A stretch of 45,964 nucleotides of DNA from an uncultured Fidelibacterota bacterium (GCA_902624575.1 CACNXV010000004.1:1-45964), one strand, 5' to 3'; shown: positions 1 to 11,438, numbered from the stretch's first letter. The notes: a model not told the origin generated them from the sequence alone. Translations and numbers: made by a program.

Positions 1-1245
1 CCTTTATCTGAGAAAGTTTCAACTTCAAAACAAATGATAAAATATCATAATACTCTCGAAGAAAATCGTGAAAAAATTGATTATGAAATTGATGGTACTG
101 TTATAAAGGTTGATGATTATGCATTAAGAAAAATTCTAGGATTAAGATCTCGATCACCAAGATGGGCTGTTGCAGCAAAGTTCAAGTCAAAAAAAGCTGA
201 GACGCAGATATTGGATATTGAAATTCAGGTAGGTAGAACAGGTGTTATAACACCTGTAGCAAAAGTTAAAGAAGTTGATTTATCTGGAGCCTTGATTACA
301 AGTGCAACATTACATAATCAGGATGAAATAGATAAAAAGGATATTAGGATAAAAGATTTCGTATTTATTGAAAGATCAGGTGATGTTATACCAAAAATTT
401 CAACAGTTATTCTTAGTAAGAGACCTTCCAATACAAGTAAATATAATATATCAGATAATAATTGTCCTTCATGTAAAGGTGTCATTAGAAGAATCGAAGA
501 TGAAGCTGCTTATAGATGTCTAAATAATGATTGCAGTTCAAGGAAAAAGGGTGTTCTCCAACATTTCTGCTCAAAAAATGCAATGAACATAGAAGGATTA
601 GGCCCACAAATTATCCAACAGCTAATTGATGAGTCACTTTTGGATAAAATTGATGATATTTTCAAATTAAATTATCCTCAAGTCGTTGATTTAGATAGAT
701 TTCAAGATAAATCCGCAAATAACCTTATAGACTCAATTGAAAAGTCTAAAAAAACTACATTTTCTAGGTTTATATTTGGATTAGGTATCCCCCATGTAGG
801 ACAACACATTGCAACGATTCTCGACCGAGAGTGCAATTCATCTTTTGACAATCTCAGAAAACTAAGTCAGGATGAACTAGAAAATATTGATGGTATTGGT
901 AAAATAGTAGCCAAAGCTATAATAGAATATTTTGAAGACGATAAAAAATTGGCCATAATTAAAAATTGTTTTTCATTGGGCGTTACAATTGAATTAACCA
1001 ACAATAAAGAAAGAACTGATTCATTAAAGAATTTAACTTTTGTCATTACTGGAAGTTTTAAAGGGTTAACTAGGCAGGAATTAAAAGAAATTATTGAAAA
1101 TAATGGCGGAAAAGTCACTAATGCCATATCAAAGAAAACGTCATATCTGATTGCAGGTGAAAATCCAGGCTCAAAATTAACTAAAGCAAATGATAGCAAA
1201 GTTAGAATAATAGACCAAAAAAGCTTAATGGAAATGATTAAGTGA
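1..1245 (+). CDS. ligA: NAD-dependent DNA ligase, 5'-truncated by the window edge
   Basis: Frame 1 is open from base 1. Motifs: EIDGTVIK, PRWAVAAKF, VGRTG..TPVA OB-fold, ATLHN, C4 zinc finger (CPSC..C..C), HhH repeats, C-terminal BRCT (FVITG..GGKVT..SKKTSYLIAGENPGSKL). Confidence 0.98.
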   Translation, partial: PLSEKVSTSKQMIKYHNTLEENREKIDYEIDGTVIKVDDYALRKILGLRSRSPRWAVAAKFKSKKAETQILDIEIQVGRTGVITPVAKVKEVDLSGALITSATLHNQDEIDKKDIRIKDFVFIERSGDVIPKISTVILSKRPSNTSKYNISDNNCPSCKGVIRRIEDEAAYRCLNNDCSSRKKGVLQHFCSKNAMNIEGLGPQIIQQLIDESLLDKIDDIFKLNYPQVVDLDRFQDKSANNLIDSIEKSKKTTFSRFIFGLGIPHVGQHIATILDRECNSSFDNLRKLSQDELENIDGIGKIVAKAIIEYFEDDKKLAIIKNCFSLGVTIELTNNKERTDSLKNLTFVITGSFKGLTRQELKEIIENNGGKVTNAISKKTSYLIAGENPGSKLTKANDSKVRIIDQKSLMEMIK

Positions 1246-2411
1246 AGTATAAAGCACTATTACTTTGTTTTATCTCGTTAATATTTGCAAATAATAATCT
1301 TGGTATTTCTTTAAAAGAAGTTGCTAAAGATTTTGATCGTCCAATCCTAGTTACATTCCAACCTGATAACAATTCGATGTATGTTGTAGAGCAAAAAGGA
1401 AAAATTAAAATCGTTAAATCAAATTCTATTGAAACGTTTCTCGATATTTCTGATAAAGTTAAATCAGGACCAGTGCCAGATGAAAGAGGCTTGCTTGGCA
1501 TGGCATTTGATAAGGAATTTTCATCGAACGGAATTTTTTATATTTCATACATTGATTTAGATAATTTTTCAGTTGTATCAAGGTTTATATATGACCATAA
1601 AAAAAAATTGGTTCAACTTAGTTCGGAGGAGCGAATTATTTATTTCAAACAACCATATAATAATCATAATGGAGGGCATTTAGGTTTTAGCCCAGTTGAT
1701 AATTACCTATATGTTGCTTTTGGGGATGGGGGATCGGCTGGCGATCCACAAAATAATGCACAAAATTTATCTAACTTCATGGGTAAAATCTTAAGATTAG
1801 ATGTTTCAAAAAGTAAGGGGTATACAATTCCTTTTGACAATCCATTCTATAACAGTAATGATGCTAAAAAAGAAATTTGGGCATACGGATTAAGAAATCC
1901 TTGGAGATTTTCATTTGACAGAGAAAATGGTGATTTATTTGTAGGTGATGTTGGTCAGTATCTTTGGGAAGAAATAAATAAAATATCATTTAATCAGTCC
2001 GGTGTTAATTTTGGTTGGAAAATAATGGAGGGCAATCACTGTTACGATTCAGAAGAATGCGATAAAAAAGGACTTACTAATCCTATTTTTAATTATCCTA
2101 GTGATGCATCATATGCATTTTCACTTATGGGTATAAAGCAGAAAGATGTTTATGGATGTTCTGTTACGGGCGGTTACCTTTACCGAGGAGATAAAATAAA
2201 TAGATTAAAAAATTTATATTTATTTTCAGACTTTTGTTCTGGAAAGGTTTGGGCTCTCAACCAAGATAATCTAAATGTTTTGGACGTTACCGAAGAATTG
2301 TTTTTTGACACAAAAAATATGATATCATCTTTTGGACAAGATATAAATGGAGAATTATATATAGTGGAATTTTCAGGAACTATTTATAAAATCATAACTT
2401 CAAATGAATAA
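1242..2411 (+). CDS. PQQ-dependent sugar dehydrogenase (glucose/sorbosone dehydrogenase family), secreted
   Basis: GTG start overlaps the ligA stop; N-terminal signal peptide. Motifs: ERGLLGMAF, NHNGGHLGF, GDGGS, GKILRLD, AYGLRNPWRFSFD, EEIN, NFGW. Confidence 0.9.
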   Translation: MKYKALLLCFISLIFANNNLGISLKEVAKDFDRPILVTFQPDNNSMYVVEQKGKIKIVKSNSIETFLDISDKVKSGPVPDERGLLGMAFDKEFSSNGIFYISYIDLDNFSVVSRFIYDHKKKLVQLSSEERIIYFKQPYNNHNGGHLGFSPVDNYLYVAFGDGGSAGDPQNNAQNLSNFMGKILRLDVSKSKGYTIPFDNPFYNSNDAKKEIWAYGLRNPWRFSFDRENGDLFVGDVGQYLWEEINKISFNQSGVNFGWKIMEGNHCYDSEECDKKGLTNPIFNYPSDASYAFSLMGIKQKDVYGCSVTGGYLYRGDKINRLKNLYLFSDFCSGKVWALNQDNLNVLDVTEELFFDTKNMISSFGQDINGELYIVEFSGTIYKIITSNE

Positions 2412-3330
2412 AAAATTAGCAATTGAAATAACCAATCTTAACAAATCATATGATGATGTTGAAGCTGTTAGGGGTATTGACCTAAAAATTAACAAAGGTG
2501 AGTTTTATGGTCTGCTTGGACCTAACGGAGCAGGAAAGTCTACGACTATTAATTCTATTACCAGTCTTGTAAAGCCATCAAAAGGAAATATTAAAATTTT
2601 TGAAAAAGATATTGAAGAAAACTTTAGATTTGCTCGCTCTAAAGTAGGTATTGCACAACAAGAGGTTAGTCAAGACTGGTTTTTTCCTTTAGAGCAGCTG
2701 CTATATTTTCAAGCTGGTTTTTATGGCGTAACAAGGCCAAATGCTAAAGAAAGAATTGATTATATCTTAGATAAATTAGGTTTAAGTGCACATAAAAATA
2801 AAAAAATGAGAGAACTTTCAGGCGGCATGAAAAGAAGGTTGCAAATAGCAAAGGCATTAGTACATGATCCTGAAATAATTATTCTTGATGAGCCAACAGC
2901 AGGTGTAGACGTTGAATTAAGACATGATCTTTGGACTTATCTTCAGGAGCTACACAGAGATGGAAAAACTATTCTTTTGACAACTCACTACATTGATGAA
3001 GCTGAATTATTGTGTGAGAGAGTAGGAATAATTGATAATGGAAAATTGATTGTTGAAGACTCAGTAGATAATCTTAAAAAACTTGTCAATAAGTCATCAA
3101 TAGTCATTCATTTAAAAAATGATATTTATGATATAAATTTTTTGGGAGGCTTCGACTATCATATATCAGAAAAGAAAGTCTATATACAAACAGAATCACC
3201 AAATCTAGATTTGCCAAAAATAATTCTAAAATTTTCAGAAGCCTCAATTAACATTGAAGATGTGCATATACCTCAAACATCTTTAGAAGATGTATTCTTG
3301 GATCTTACAGGGAGAAAAATTAATGATTAA
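2404..3330 (+). CDS. ABC-2 type transporter ATP-binding protein (YadG-like)
   Basis: Walker A GPNGAGKST, signature LSGGMKRR, Walker B ILDEPT, H-loop TTHY, C-terminal SLEDVFL. Confidence 0.93.
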   Translation: MNKKLAIEITNLNKSYDDVEAVRGIDLKINKGEFYGLLGPNGAGKSTTINSITSLVKPSKGNIKIFEKDIEENFRFARSKVGIAQQEVSQDWFFPLEQLLYFQAGFYGVTRPNAKERIDYILDKLGLSAHKNKKMRELSGGMKRRLQIAKALVHDPEIIILDEPTAGVDVELRHDLWTYLQELHRDGKTILLTTHYIDEAELLCERVGIIDNGKLIVEDSVDNLKKLVNKSSIVIHLKNDIYDINFLGGFDYHISEKKVYIQTESPNLDLPKIILKFSEASINIEDVHIPQTSLEDVFLDLTGRKIND

Positions 3331-4087
3331 GAATTGGGTAGGTTTTTATACACTTTCGTCGAGAGAAATCATGCGTTTTTTTTCGGTGTGGAGGCAAACA
3401 ATCATTCCAGGTATTATCACTACTCTTCTTTATATTTTTGTATTTGGTGTGGCCTTAGAAAATAGGATTTCTGAAATTAATGGGGTATCATATAAAATTT
3501 ATATCCTTCCTGGTTTGTTGATGATGAATGTAATAACAAATGCAACTGCCAATTCAGCCTCATCAATGCTTCAAATGAAATTATTACAAACTCTTCCCGA
3601 ACTTTTAATAACTCCATTATCAAGCTTAGAGCTTTCATTATCTTTTATAATAGGAGGAACAATAAGAGGTTTTGTTAATGGAGCTTTAATTTTATTAATT
3701 TGCTGGATGGCTGGAATGCCTATAGTCAATTTACCGTTAACTTTGCTATTTATATTTTTAGTCTCATGGTCGTTTTCTAGTTTAGGTTTGTTTGTTGGTC
3801 AGCTTTCTGACTCATGGGACCAGTTGGCATTAATACAAAATTTTGTTATCACACCATTTAGTTTTTTAGGAGGAATTTTTTATTCAATTAAAATGTTACC
3901 AGCTTGGGCTATGACTTTGAGCCAGGTTAATCCAATTTACTACGCAATATGTGCACTTAGGGAATCCACACTAGGCGTTTCAGATACATCGCTAATAATT
4001 TCTTCGACGTTTTTAGTATTCTTTACAATATCTACAACAATATTAGCTGTACAGTTAATGGCAACTGGCAGAAAAATTAGGTTTTAA
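3323..4087 (+). CDS. ABC-2 type transporter permease (YadH-like)
   Basis: Likely start ATG 3323 after GGAG. About six TM segments. Motifs: REIMRF..W.QT, YILPGL.MM, FLGGIFYSI, NPIYY. Confidence 0.9.
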   Translation: MIKNWVGFYTLSSREIMRFFSVWRQTIIPGIITTLLYIFVFGVALENRISEINGVSYKIYILPGLLMMNVITNATANSASSMLQMKLLQTLPELLITPLSSLELSLSFIIGGTIRGFVNGALILLICWMAGMPIVNLPLTLLFIFLVSWSFSSLGLFVGQLSDSWDQLALIQNFVITPFSFLGGIFYSIKMLPAWAMTLSQVNPIYYAICALRESTLGVSDTSLIISSTFLVFFTISTTILAVQLMATGRKIRF

Positions 4088-4115
4088 TTTTCTTTTTATG
4101 GAGCTAAAATAGGCC

Positions 4116-5210
4116 ATGCAAAAAACAAAAAAAGCTATCCTATATTTAGAGGATGGCTTTTTTTTTATCGGTAAAAGTTTAGGTTTATCTGGAGAAACAT
4201 TTGGTGAGGTCTGTTTTAATACCGGTATGACAGGTTACCAAGAAATTCTTACAGACCCATCTTATGCAAAACAAATGATTGTAATGAGTAGTCCACACAT
4301 TGGTAATTATGGTACAAATAATGAGGATATTGAATCAAATGAGATCCATGCAACTGGATTTATAATTAAAAGTGAATCAATTGCACCGTCAAACTGGAGA
4401 TCTCAAGATTCATTAAGTTCATTTTTAATTCAAAATAAAATAGTTGGTATACAAGATATTGATACTCGGGCTTTAACTATTCATTTACGAAACAATGGAG
4501 CTATGAGGGGCATTATTTCTACTGAAGATTTTTCAAAAGAAAGTTTATCAAAAAAAATGAAAGATGTTCCTAAGATGGAAGGGCAAGACCTTTCAATTGA
4601 GGTAACAAGAAGTAAAAAAACAACTTTATGTAAAAGAGAAAAACCACAGTTCAAAATCGCTGCAATTGACTTTGGTATGAAGAGTAATATTTATGATATC
4701 ATGTTAAACAACGGAGCAGAAGTTACAATATACCCTGCTATTGTAGAGGCAAATGAAGTTCTTTCAAATAATCCTGATGGAATATTTCTTTCGAATGGCC
4801 CAGGTGATCCAGCAGCTATTGATTACGCAATCGAAACAGTTAAAAAACTTATTGGTAAAAAACCAATTTTTGGAATTTGTCTTGGACATCAGATACTTGC
4901 TTTGGCAATGGGTGCTAAAACTTTTAAAATGAAATTTGGACATAGAGGTATAAATCAGCCTGTCAAAAATCTAAAAACTTCTAAAATAGAAATTACATCT
5001 CAAAATCATGGATTTGCTGTTGAAGAAGATTCTTTACCTAGAGATGTAGTTGTGACACACAAGCACTTAAATGATGATACAGTAGCTGGAATTGAGTGTA
5101 AAAATTACATGGCTTATTCAGTTCAATATCATCCAGAGTCTAGTCCGGGTCCACATGATTCACGATATGTCTTTAAACGATTTTTTCAAATGATGGAAGA
5201 AAATGCCTAG
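4116..5210 (+). CDS. carA: Carbamoyl-phosphate synthase small subunit
   Basis: Motifs: [54 protein letters not shown]. Confidence 0.99.
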   Translation: MQKTKKAILYLEDGFFFIGKSLGLSGETFGEVCFNTGMTGYQEILTDPSYAKQMIVMSSPHIGNYGTNNEDIESNEIHATGFIIKSESIAPSNWRSQDSLSSFLIQNKIVGIQDIDTRALTIHLRNNGAMRGIISTEDFSKESLSKKMKDVPKMEGQDLSIEVTRSKKTTLCKREKPQFKIAAIDFGMKSNIYDIMLNNGAEVTIYPAIVEANEVLSNNPDGIFLSNGPGDPAAIDYAIETVKKLIGKKPIFGICLGHQILALAMGAKTFKMKFGHRGINQPVKNLKTSKIEITSQNHGFAVEEDSLPRDVVVTHKHLNDDTVAGIECKNYMAYSVQYHPESSPGPHDSRYVFKRFFQMMEENA

Positions 5211-8200
5211 AAGAGATGATTTAGAAACAATTTTAGTTATTGGTGCAGGACCAATTGTAATTGGCCAAGGATGTGAATTTGATTATTCTGGTACACAGGC
5301 CATTAAAGCTTTAAAAGAGGAAGGCTACAGAGTGGTTTTGATAAACTCTAATCCTGCTACAATAATGACAGATCCACAATTTTCTGACAAAACTTATATT
5401 GAACCTATATCTACAGATTATGTTGAAGAAATTATTATAAAAGAAAAGCCTGATGCTATTTTACCAACTGTTGGAGGACAAACTGCCCTTAATGTAGCTA
5501 TGGATTTGGACGAAAAAGGTATTTTAAAAAAGCATGGTGTAGAACTCATTGGTGCAAACCGATCTGCAATAGAAACGGCAGAGAGCAGAGAAATGTTTAA
5601 AGAGGCAATGATAGATATTGGCTTAGACTTACCATATGGCTATACAGTTCAGTCTTTAGAGGAAGCAAAAGAACTTCTTGAAAAAATTTCTTTACCTGCT
5701 ATTATTAGGCCATCATTCACTCTAGGTGGATCAGGTGGTTCAGTAGCTTTTAATGAAAGTGAGTTCGAATCTTCTGTAAATAAAGGTCTTAAAGAAAGTC
5801 CAACAGGCCAGGTTCTTGTAGAAGAATACCTGAACGGCTGGAAGGAATATGAGCTTGAATTAATCAGGGATATGAATGATAACGTAATTATTATTTGCTC
5901 TATAGAAAATATTGATCCAATGGGAATTCATACAGGAGATTCAATTACAATTGCACCAGCAATGACATTAACAGATAAAGAATTCCAAAATATGAGAAAT
6001 TCAGCTATAAAATGTATTCGAAAAATTGGAGTTGATACTGGTGGGTCCAATGTACAATTTGCAGTTAACCCTAATGATGGAAGAATGGTCATTATTGAAA
6101 TGAATCCAAGAGTTAGTCGTTCTTCAGCACTTGCATCAAAGGCAACTGGATTTCCTATAGCCAAGATTGCAGCAAAATTAGCGGTGGGTTACTCATTGGA
6201 TGAGCTAAAAAATGATATAACTAATCAAACATTAGCAGCATTTGAGCCAACAATAGACTATATCGTAACTAAGCTCCCTAGGTTTGATTTTGAAAAGTTT
6301 TCTTCAGCATCTGGTAAGCTTGGTGTTCAAATGCAATCCGTTGGTGAAGCAATGGCAATAGGCAGAACTTTCCGTGAATCATTTCAAAAAGCTTTTAGAT
6401 CTTTAGAATTAAACCTCCCAGGATTTGAAACTAAAGATCCTAGGGACGAAGATGAAGATATTAAGCGTTTTAGAGAGCTTGATATCAAATCATTAAATGA
6501 TGGAAGCGCTTTTAGAATGTTAAAAGTTAAAGAAGCAATAAAACAGAAATTTTCTATTGATGAAATAAATAAAAACACCGGAATTGATCCATGGTTTTTA
6601 AGAGAAATTGAAGAGATAGTTAATATTGAAAAATCATTTAAAGAAAGTAATAGTTTATTAGAGCTTAAAAAAAATGGCTTTTCTGATTTACAAATTTCAC
6701 AATTAGAAGGTTCAACAGAAAAAGAAGTTAGAAAAAAAAGAATCTCAAATAATATCACACCTGTTTATAAAGTCGTTGATACTTGTGCAGGAGAATTTAG
6801 AGCTGAAACACCTTATTCATATTCAACATATGAAACATCACATGATATTAAACCACTTGAGGGTAAAAAAATTATGATACTTGGAGGTGGTCCTAATAGA
6901 ATCGGACAGGGTATTGAATTTGACTATTGCTGTGTTCAGGCAGTTTTTGGCTTAAGAGAGGCAGGGTTTAAATCAATTATGGTCAATTGTAACCCTGAAA
7001 CTGTGTCAACTGACTTTGACTTAGCTGACAGATTATATTTTGAACCAATTACATTCGAAGATATAATGAACATTGTTGATTTTGAAAAACCGGACGGTGT
7101 ATTGGTACAATTTGGTGGCCAAACGCCTTTAAAGATCGCAAACCAGCTTACTGAGGCAGGCGTAAAAATTTACGGTACATCAGCACATAGTATTAATTTA
7201 GCAGAAAACAGGGAAGAATTTGCTAAGATTATAAATCGTTTAAAAATTAGGACTCCAGATTATTGCATTGCTAAAAATTATGACGATATATATAATTTTT
7301 CTGAAAAAGCACAATTCCCAGTACTTGTTAGGCCTAGTTTTGTTTTAGGAGGTAGAGCAATGCAAATTGTTTATTCAAAAGAGCAGTTAGTAGATTACGT
7401 ATTCCGTTCAGCTGAAGCGACTAATGATCATCCAATATTAATAGATCAATTTATTGAAAGTGCATATGAATTTGATGTTGATGCACTTTGTGACGGTGAG
7501 GAAGTTTTTATTGGCGGCATTATGCAGCATATTGAAGAAGCAGGAGTTCATTCTGGTGACTCTTCATGCGTGATTCCTCCGTATGAAATGAATGATTCAG
7601 TAAAAAAAGATATAGAAGAAACCACTAAAAAACTTGCACTAGAATTAAAGGTAATTGGACTAATAAACTTACAATTTGCTGTCAAAGATAATAAAGTTTA
7701 TGTATTAGAAGTTAATCCAAGATCAAGTAGAACAGTACCTTTTGTAAGTAAATATAGTAATATACCACTGGCTAATATAGCTGCACAACTATCTGCAGGG
7801 TTAAAGCTACGAGATTTTAATCTTATTAATAATAGCTTTGGTCACGTTGCAGTAAAAAAAGCAGTACTACCATTTAAAAAGTTTAAAGACGAAAAAGTAT
7901 TCTTGGGTCCAGAGATGAAATCAACTGGAGAAGTGATGGGAATAGATAATATGCCAGGTAATGCTTTTTTAAAAGCAATGAGATCGGACGGTTATACAGT
8001 ACCAAAAAATGGAACTGCTTTTTTATCAGTCAATGATTCAGACAAGAAGCGTATGGTAGAAATAGCAAGAGATCTTAGTGAGTTAGGATTTAAGCTAATT
8101 GCAACACAAGGAACGTGTGACTTTCTTTTGAAAAATAATATACCTTGTGAAGTAATATTCAAAGTTGGAGAAGGAAGACCCAATATTGTTGATGAAATTT

Positions 8201-8397
8201 TAAATGATAATATACAGATAGTTATCAATTCTCCTGAAGGACCGCAGTCTAGATTCGATGAAGAAGCTATTGGTAAAACATCTGTTATGAAAAATATATT
8301 AACAATTACAACTATTGCAGGTGCAAAAGCAGCTATAGATTCAATGAAGTTTCTTAATCAAGTAAACGTAAAGGCTCTTCAAGAATATTTTGAATGA
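5203..8397 (+). CDS. carB: Carbamoyl-phosphate synthase large subunit
   Basis: Motifs: [25 protein letters not shown], two ATP-grasp halves ([21 protein letters not shown]), [14 protein letters not shown]-terminal MGS domain. Confidence 0.99.
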   Translation: MPRRDDLETILVIGAGPIVIGQGCEFDYSGTQAIKALKEEGYRVVLINSNPATIMTDPQFSDKTYIEPISTDYVEEIIIKEKPDAILPTVGGQTALNVAMDLDEKGILKKHGVELIGANRSAIETAESREMFKEAMIDIGLDLPYGYTVQSLEEAKELLEKISLPAIIRPSFTLGGSGGSVAFNESEFESSVNKGLKESPTGQVLVEEYLNGWKEYELELIRDMNDNVIIICSIENIDPMGIHTGDSITIAPAMTLTDKEFQNMRNSAIKCIRKIGVDTGGSNVQFAVNPNDGRMVIIEMNPRVSRSSALASKATGFPIAKIAAKLAVGYSLDELKNDITNQTLAAFEPTIDYIVTKLPRFDFEKFSSASGKLGVQMQSVGEAMAIGRTFRESFQKAFRSLELNLPGFETKDPRDEDEDIKRFRELDIKSLNDGSAFRMLKVKEAIKQKFSIDEINKNTGIDPWFLREIEEIVNIEKSFKESNSLLELKKNGFSDLQISQLEGSTEKEVRKKRISNNITPVYKVVDTCAGEFRAETPYSYSTYETSHDIKPLEGKKIMILGGGPNRIGQGIEFDYCCVQAVFGLREAGFKSIMVNCNPETVSTDFDLADRLYFEPITFEDIMNIVDFEKPDGVLVQFGGQTPLKIANQLTEAGVKIYGTSAHSINLAENREEFAKIINRLKIRTPDYCIAKNYDDIYNFSEKAQFPVLVRPSFVLGGRAMQIVYSKEQLVDYVFRSAEATNDHPILIDQFIESAYEFDVDALCDGEEVFIGGIMQHIEEAGVHSGDSSCVIPPYEMNDSVKKDIEETTKKLALELKVIGLINLQFAVKDNKVYVLEVNPRSSRTVPFVSKYSNIPLANIAAQLSAGLKLRDFNLINNSFGHVAVKKAVLPFKKFKDEKVFLGPEMKSTGEVMGIDNMPGNAFLKAMRSDGYTVPKNGTAFLSVNDSDKKRMVEIARDLSELGFKLIATQGTCDFLLKNNIPCEVIFKVGEGRPNIVDEILNDNIQIVINSPEGPQSRFDEEAIGKTSVMKNILTITTIAGAKAAIDSMKFLNQVNVKALQEYFE

Positions 8398-11217
8398 TTA
8401 ATCTTTGTAGCTGTCGATATCAGGACAAACACAGAAGAAATTTCTATCGCCAAAAGCATTATCAATTCTAGAAACATAAGGCCAAAATTTATTTTCCTTT
8501 ACCCAGCTTGTTGGGAAAACAGCTTGTTCTTTTGAATATGGATGAGACCAATCTTCGCAGAGATCTTTAACTGTGTGAGGTGAGTTAACAAGAACATTGT
8601 CCTCTTTAGATACCTTCTCAATTTCTATATCTTTTATTTCATTTCTTATAGATATCATTGCATCACAAAATTTATCTAATTCTGATTTTGATTCACTTTC
8701 AGTTGGTTCAATCATCAAAGTACCTGGTATGGGCCATGACATTGTGGGGGCATGAAAACCGTAGTCTACTAATCTTTTAGCAATATCCTCATTTGTGATA
8801 TTAGCCGAGTTTTTAAACTCTCTACAATCAACTATAAATTCATGAGCATTCAAACCGCTATTACCTTTGTATAAAATTGAGTAATCATTTTCAAGTCTCT
8901 TGGCCATATAATTTGCACTCAATATTGCAACCTGAGATGCTTTTAAAAGTCCTTTTGCAGCCATTAATTTCATATAAATGTAGGATATTAGTAGGATGCT
9001 TGCACTTCCAAATGGAGATGAGGAAACGGAATAAGTATAGTCTTTATCTATAAATTTATGTTTTGGAAGGTGAGGTTTCAATTTTTCATTTACACATATG
9101 GGACCCATTCCTGGACCACCTCCACCATGTGGAATACAAAATGTTTTATGTAAATTTATGTGCATTACATCAGCACCAAATTTACCAGGCTTGCAAACTC
9201 CAACCATCGCATTAAGATTTGCACCATCCATGTAAACTAATCCACCGTTGTCGTGAATTAATTCACATATTTCATCAATATTATGTTCAAAAACTCCATG
9301 AGTAGACGGATAAGTAACCATTAGTGAAGATAGTTTTTCACCAGCTTCTAATACTTTATTGTTTAAATCGTTAAAATCAATGTTACCTTTGTCATCACAT
9401 TTAACTATAACGACCTTCAATCCCGCCATTATAGCGCTGGCAGGATTAGTACCATGAGCAGATTCAGGTATTAAGCAAATATTTCTATTTGAATCATTAG
9501 CTTTATGATATTCTCTAATACTTAATAAGCCTGCATACTCTCCTTGGGCTCCAGAATTTGGTTGAAATGAAACAGCATCAAAACCTGTTACCTTATATAA
9601 CATTTCTTCAAGTTCATTAATTATTTTTATATACCCGTCGGCTTGCTCAATCGGAGCAAATGGATGAATTGAATTGAATTCTGGCCAACTAATAGGAATC
9701 ATTTCAACTGTTGCATTAAGTTTCATAGTACAAGACCCTAAAGGAATCATGCTATAATTAAGTGATAGATCTCTTTTCTCAAGCTTATTAATATATCTTA
9801 ACATCTCAGTTTCAGAATTAATGCTATTAAAAATTGGATGTTTTAAAACCGAACCAAGTCGATTTGGTGGAAAAATATTATTTCTAAAATCATTTTGATG
9901 ATTTGTTTTAAAAATTTCCGCAATTTCATTTATCTCATTTGAATCAGTTTTCTCATCAAGAGATATACCAATCATTTCATTTTCGTGGTACATAAAATTA
10001 TATTTTTTATCGACTGCACGTTTTTTTAGTTCCTCAACATTAATATTTTTAGTTTTTATGAAAAGTGTATCAAAGAAAGAGTTATTATCATTCCTAACTT
10101 CATGTCCATATTTTCCAATCTTTTCTGCTAAATCTTTTGTTTGATGATGGATTCTATCTGCAATTGTTTTGAGTCCCTTAGGACCATGGAATAAAGCATA
10201 CATTCCCGATATTATTGCTAATAGAACTTGGGCCGTACAAATATTTGAAGTTGCTTTTTCTCTTCTGATGTGCTGTTCCCTTGTCTGCAATGTTAATCTA
10301 TATGCTTGATCACCTTTGCGATCCTGTGATACACCTACAATTCTACCTGGTATATCGCGCTTAAATTCTTCACTTGTACACATAAATGCTGCATGAGGAC
10401 CACCATAACCCAATGGTACTCCAAAGCGTTGACTATTTCCAACAGCGATATCCCCCCCAAATGATCCAGGTGTACTAAAAAGTTGTAAACACATTAAATC
10501 GGTTGCAAAAATAACCTTACAACCTTCTTTGTGAGCTCTGTCTGTAATTTTTTTATATTCTTCTGGTTGTGCAATATGACCAAATCTGTTTGGATATTGA
10601 ACAATACATCCAAACGCATTTTTATAATCAAAATTTTTGAAGGATGTTATTTCAATCTCAATATTTAATGGTTCAGCTCTTGAAACTATAACATCAATTG
10701 TTTGTTTGAAGCAGGATTCGTCAACTAAAAACTTATTTGAGTCTGTTTTATTTTTCCTGTAAAGCATAAGCATTGCTTCGCTTGCTGCAGTACCTTCATC
10801 TAAAAGAGAAGCGTTTGCAATAGGAAGATCACAAATTTCAGTTATCATTGTTTGATAATTAAGCAATGCTTCTAATCTGCCCTGGGAAATTTCAGGTTGA
10901 TATGGCGTATATTGAGTATACCACCCTGGATTCTCAAGAATATTTCTTAATATTACATTCGGGGTTATCGTGTCGTAATAGCCTTGACCAATGAGAGATC
11001 TAAAAATAGAGTTTTTTGCACCTACTTTTTTTACATGATCTAATATTTCTTTTTCAGAAAAAATTTCGTTTCCTATAGAAGTTTCATCTATATCTAAAAT
11101 ATTTTTTGGTACGATTTTTGTAAGCAAATCATTGAGATCTTTACAGTCAAGGAATTTGAGCATTTGCTCAATTTCTTTTGAGGAAGGTCCTATATGTTTA
11201 TTATGAAATTCTGACAT
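8398..11217 (-). CDS. gcvP: Glycine dehydrogenase (decarboxylating), single-chain glycine cleavage P protein
   Basis: Start placed at ATG 11217 because the ORF-track extension runs into a tRNA. Motifs: YTPYQPEISQGRLEAL, NASLLDE, REKATSNICT, PLGSCTMKLN, PLP lysine in NLHKTF, PHGGGGPG. Confidence 0.98.
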   Translation of the reverse strand: MSEFHNKHIGPSSKEIEQMLKFLDCKDLNDLLTKIVPKNILDIDETSIGNEIFSEKEILDHVKKVGAKNSIFRSLIGQGYYDTITPNVILRNILENPGWYTQYTPYQPEISQGRLEALLNYQTMITEICDLPIANASLLDEGTAASEAMLMLYRKNKTDSNKFLVDESCFKQTIDVIVSRAEPLNIEIEITSFKNFDYKNAFGCIVQYPNRFGHIAQPEEYKKITDRAHKEGCKVIFATDLMCLQLFSTPGSFGGDIAVGNSQRFGVPLGYGGPHAAFMCTSEEFKRDIPGRIVGVSQDRKGDQAYRLTLQTREQHIRREKATSNICTAQVLLAIISGMYALFHGPKGLKTIADRIHHQTKDLAEKIGKYGHEVRNDNNSFFDTLFIKTKNINVEELKKRAVDKKYNFMYHENEMIGISLDEKTDSNEINEIAEIFKTNHQNDFRNNIFPPNRLGSVLKHPIFNSINSETEMLRYINKLEKRDLSLNYSMIPLGSCTMKLNATVEMIPISWPEFNSIHPFAPIEQADGYIKIINELEEMLYKVTGFDAVSFQPNSGAQGEYAGLLSIREYHKANDSNRNICLIPESAHGTNPASAIMAGLKVVIVKCDDKGNIDFNDLNNKVLEAGEKLSSLMVTYPSTHGVFEHNIDEICELIHDNGGLVYMDGANLNAMVGVCKPGKFGADVMHINLHKTFCIPHGGGGPGMGPICVNEKLKPHLPKHKFIDKDYTYSVSSSPFGSASILLISYIYMKLMAAKGLLKASQVAILSANYMAKRLENDYSILYKGNSGLNAHEFIVDCREFKNSANITNEDIAKRLVDYGFHAPTMSWPIPGTLMIEPTESESKSELDKFCDAMISIRNEIKDIEIEKVSKEDNVLVNSPHTVKDLCEDWSHPYSKEQAVFPTSWVKENKFWPYVSRIDNAFGDRNFFCVCPDIDSYKD

Positions 11218-11243
11218 TTTATGAACTATTTTTAAAAATATTG

Positions 11244-11315
11244 TACCCCCGGAAGGACTCGAACCTACAACCAAGGGCTTAAAAGGCCCCTGCTCTACCA
11301 TTGAGCTACGGAGGC
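11244..11315 (-). tRNA. tRNA-Lys (anticodon UUU); CCA not encoded
   Basis: The reverse complement folds as a cloverleaf: acceptor GCCTCCG/CGGGGGT-A, D arm GCTC/GAGC, anticodon arm GGGGC-CTTTTAA-GCCCT, T arm GTAGG-TTCGAGT-CCTTC. It is followed by CAA. Confidence 0.95.
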
Positions 11316-11408
11316 AAAACTAGGCACAAATATAACTCACGAAAATTTAATTTAATACTCTAAAAAAAGCATTTTTAAAATTTTTTTTTTAAAAAAAGCA
11401 TAAAAATA

Positions 11409-11438
11409 TTGACCAATTATAAAAATTTATATTACTTT
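11409..11438 (+). promoter_or_regulatory. Putative sigma70 promoter TTGACC-N18-TACTTT driving the candidate sRNA
   Basis: TTGACC at 11409-11414 and TACTTT at 11433-11438, with AT tracts upstream. Confidence 0.5.

Noticed and set aside
11218-11301. 28-aa N-terminal extension of GcvP in the ORF track
   Set aside because: It is the tRNA-Lys sequence read in frame; GcvP homology begins at ATG 11217.
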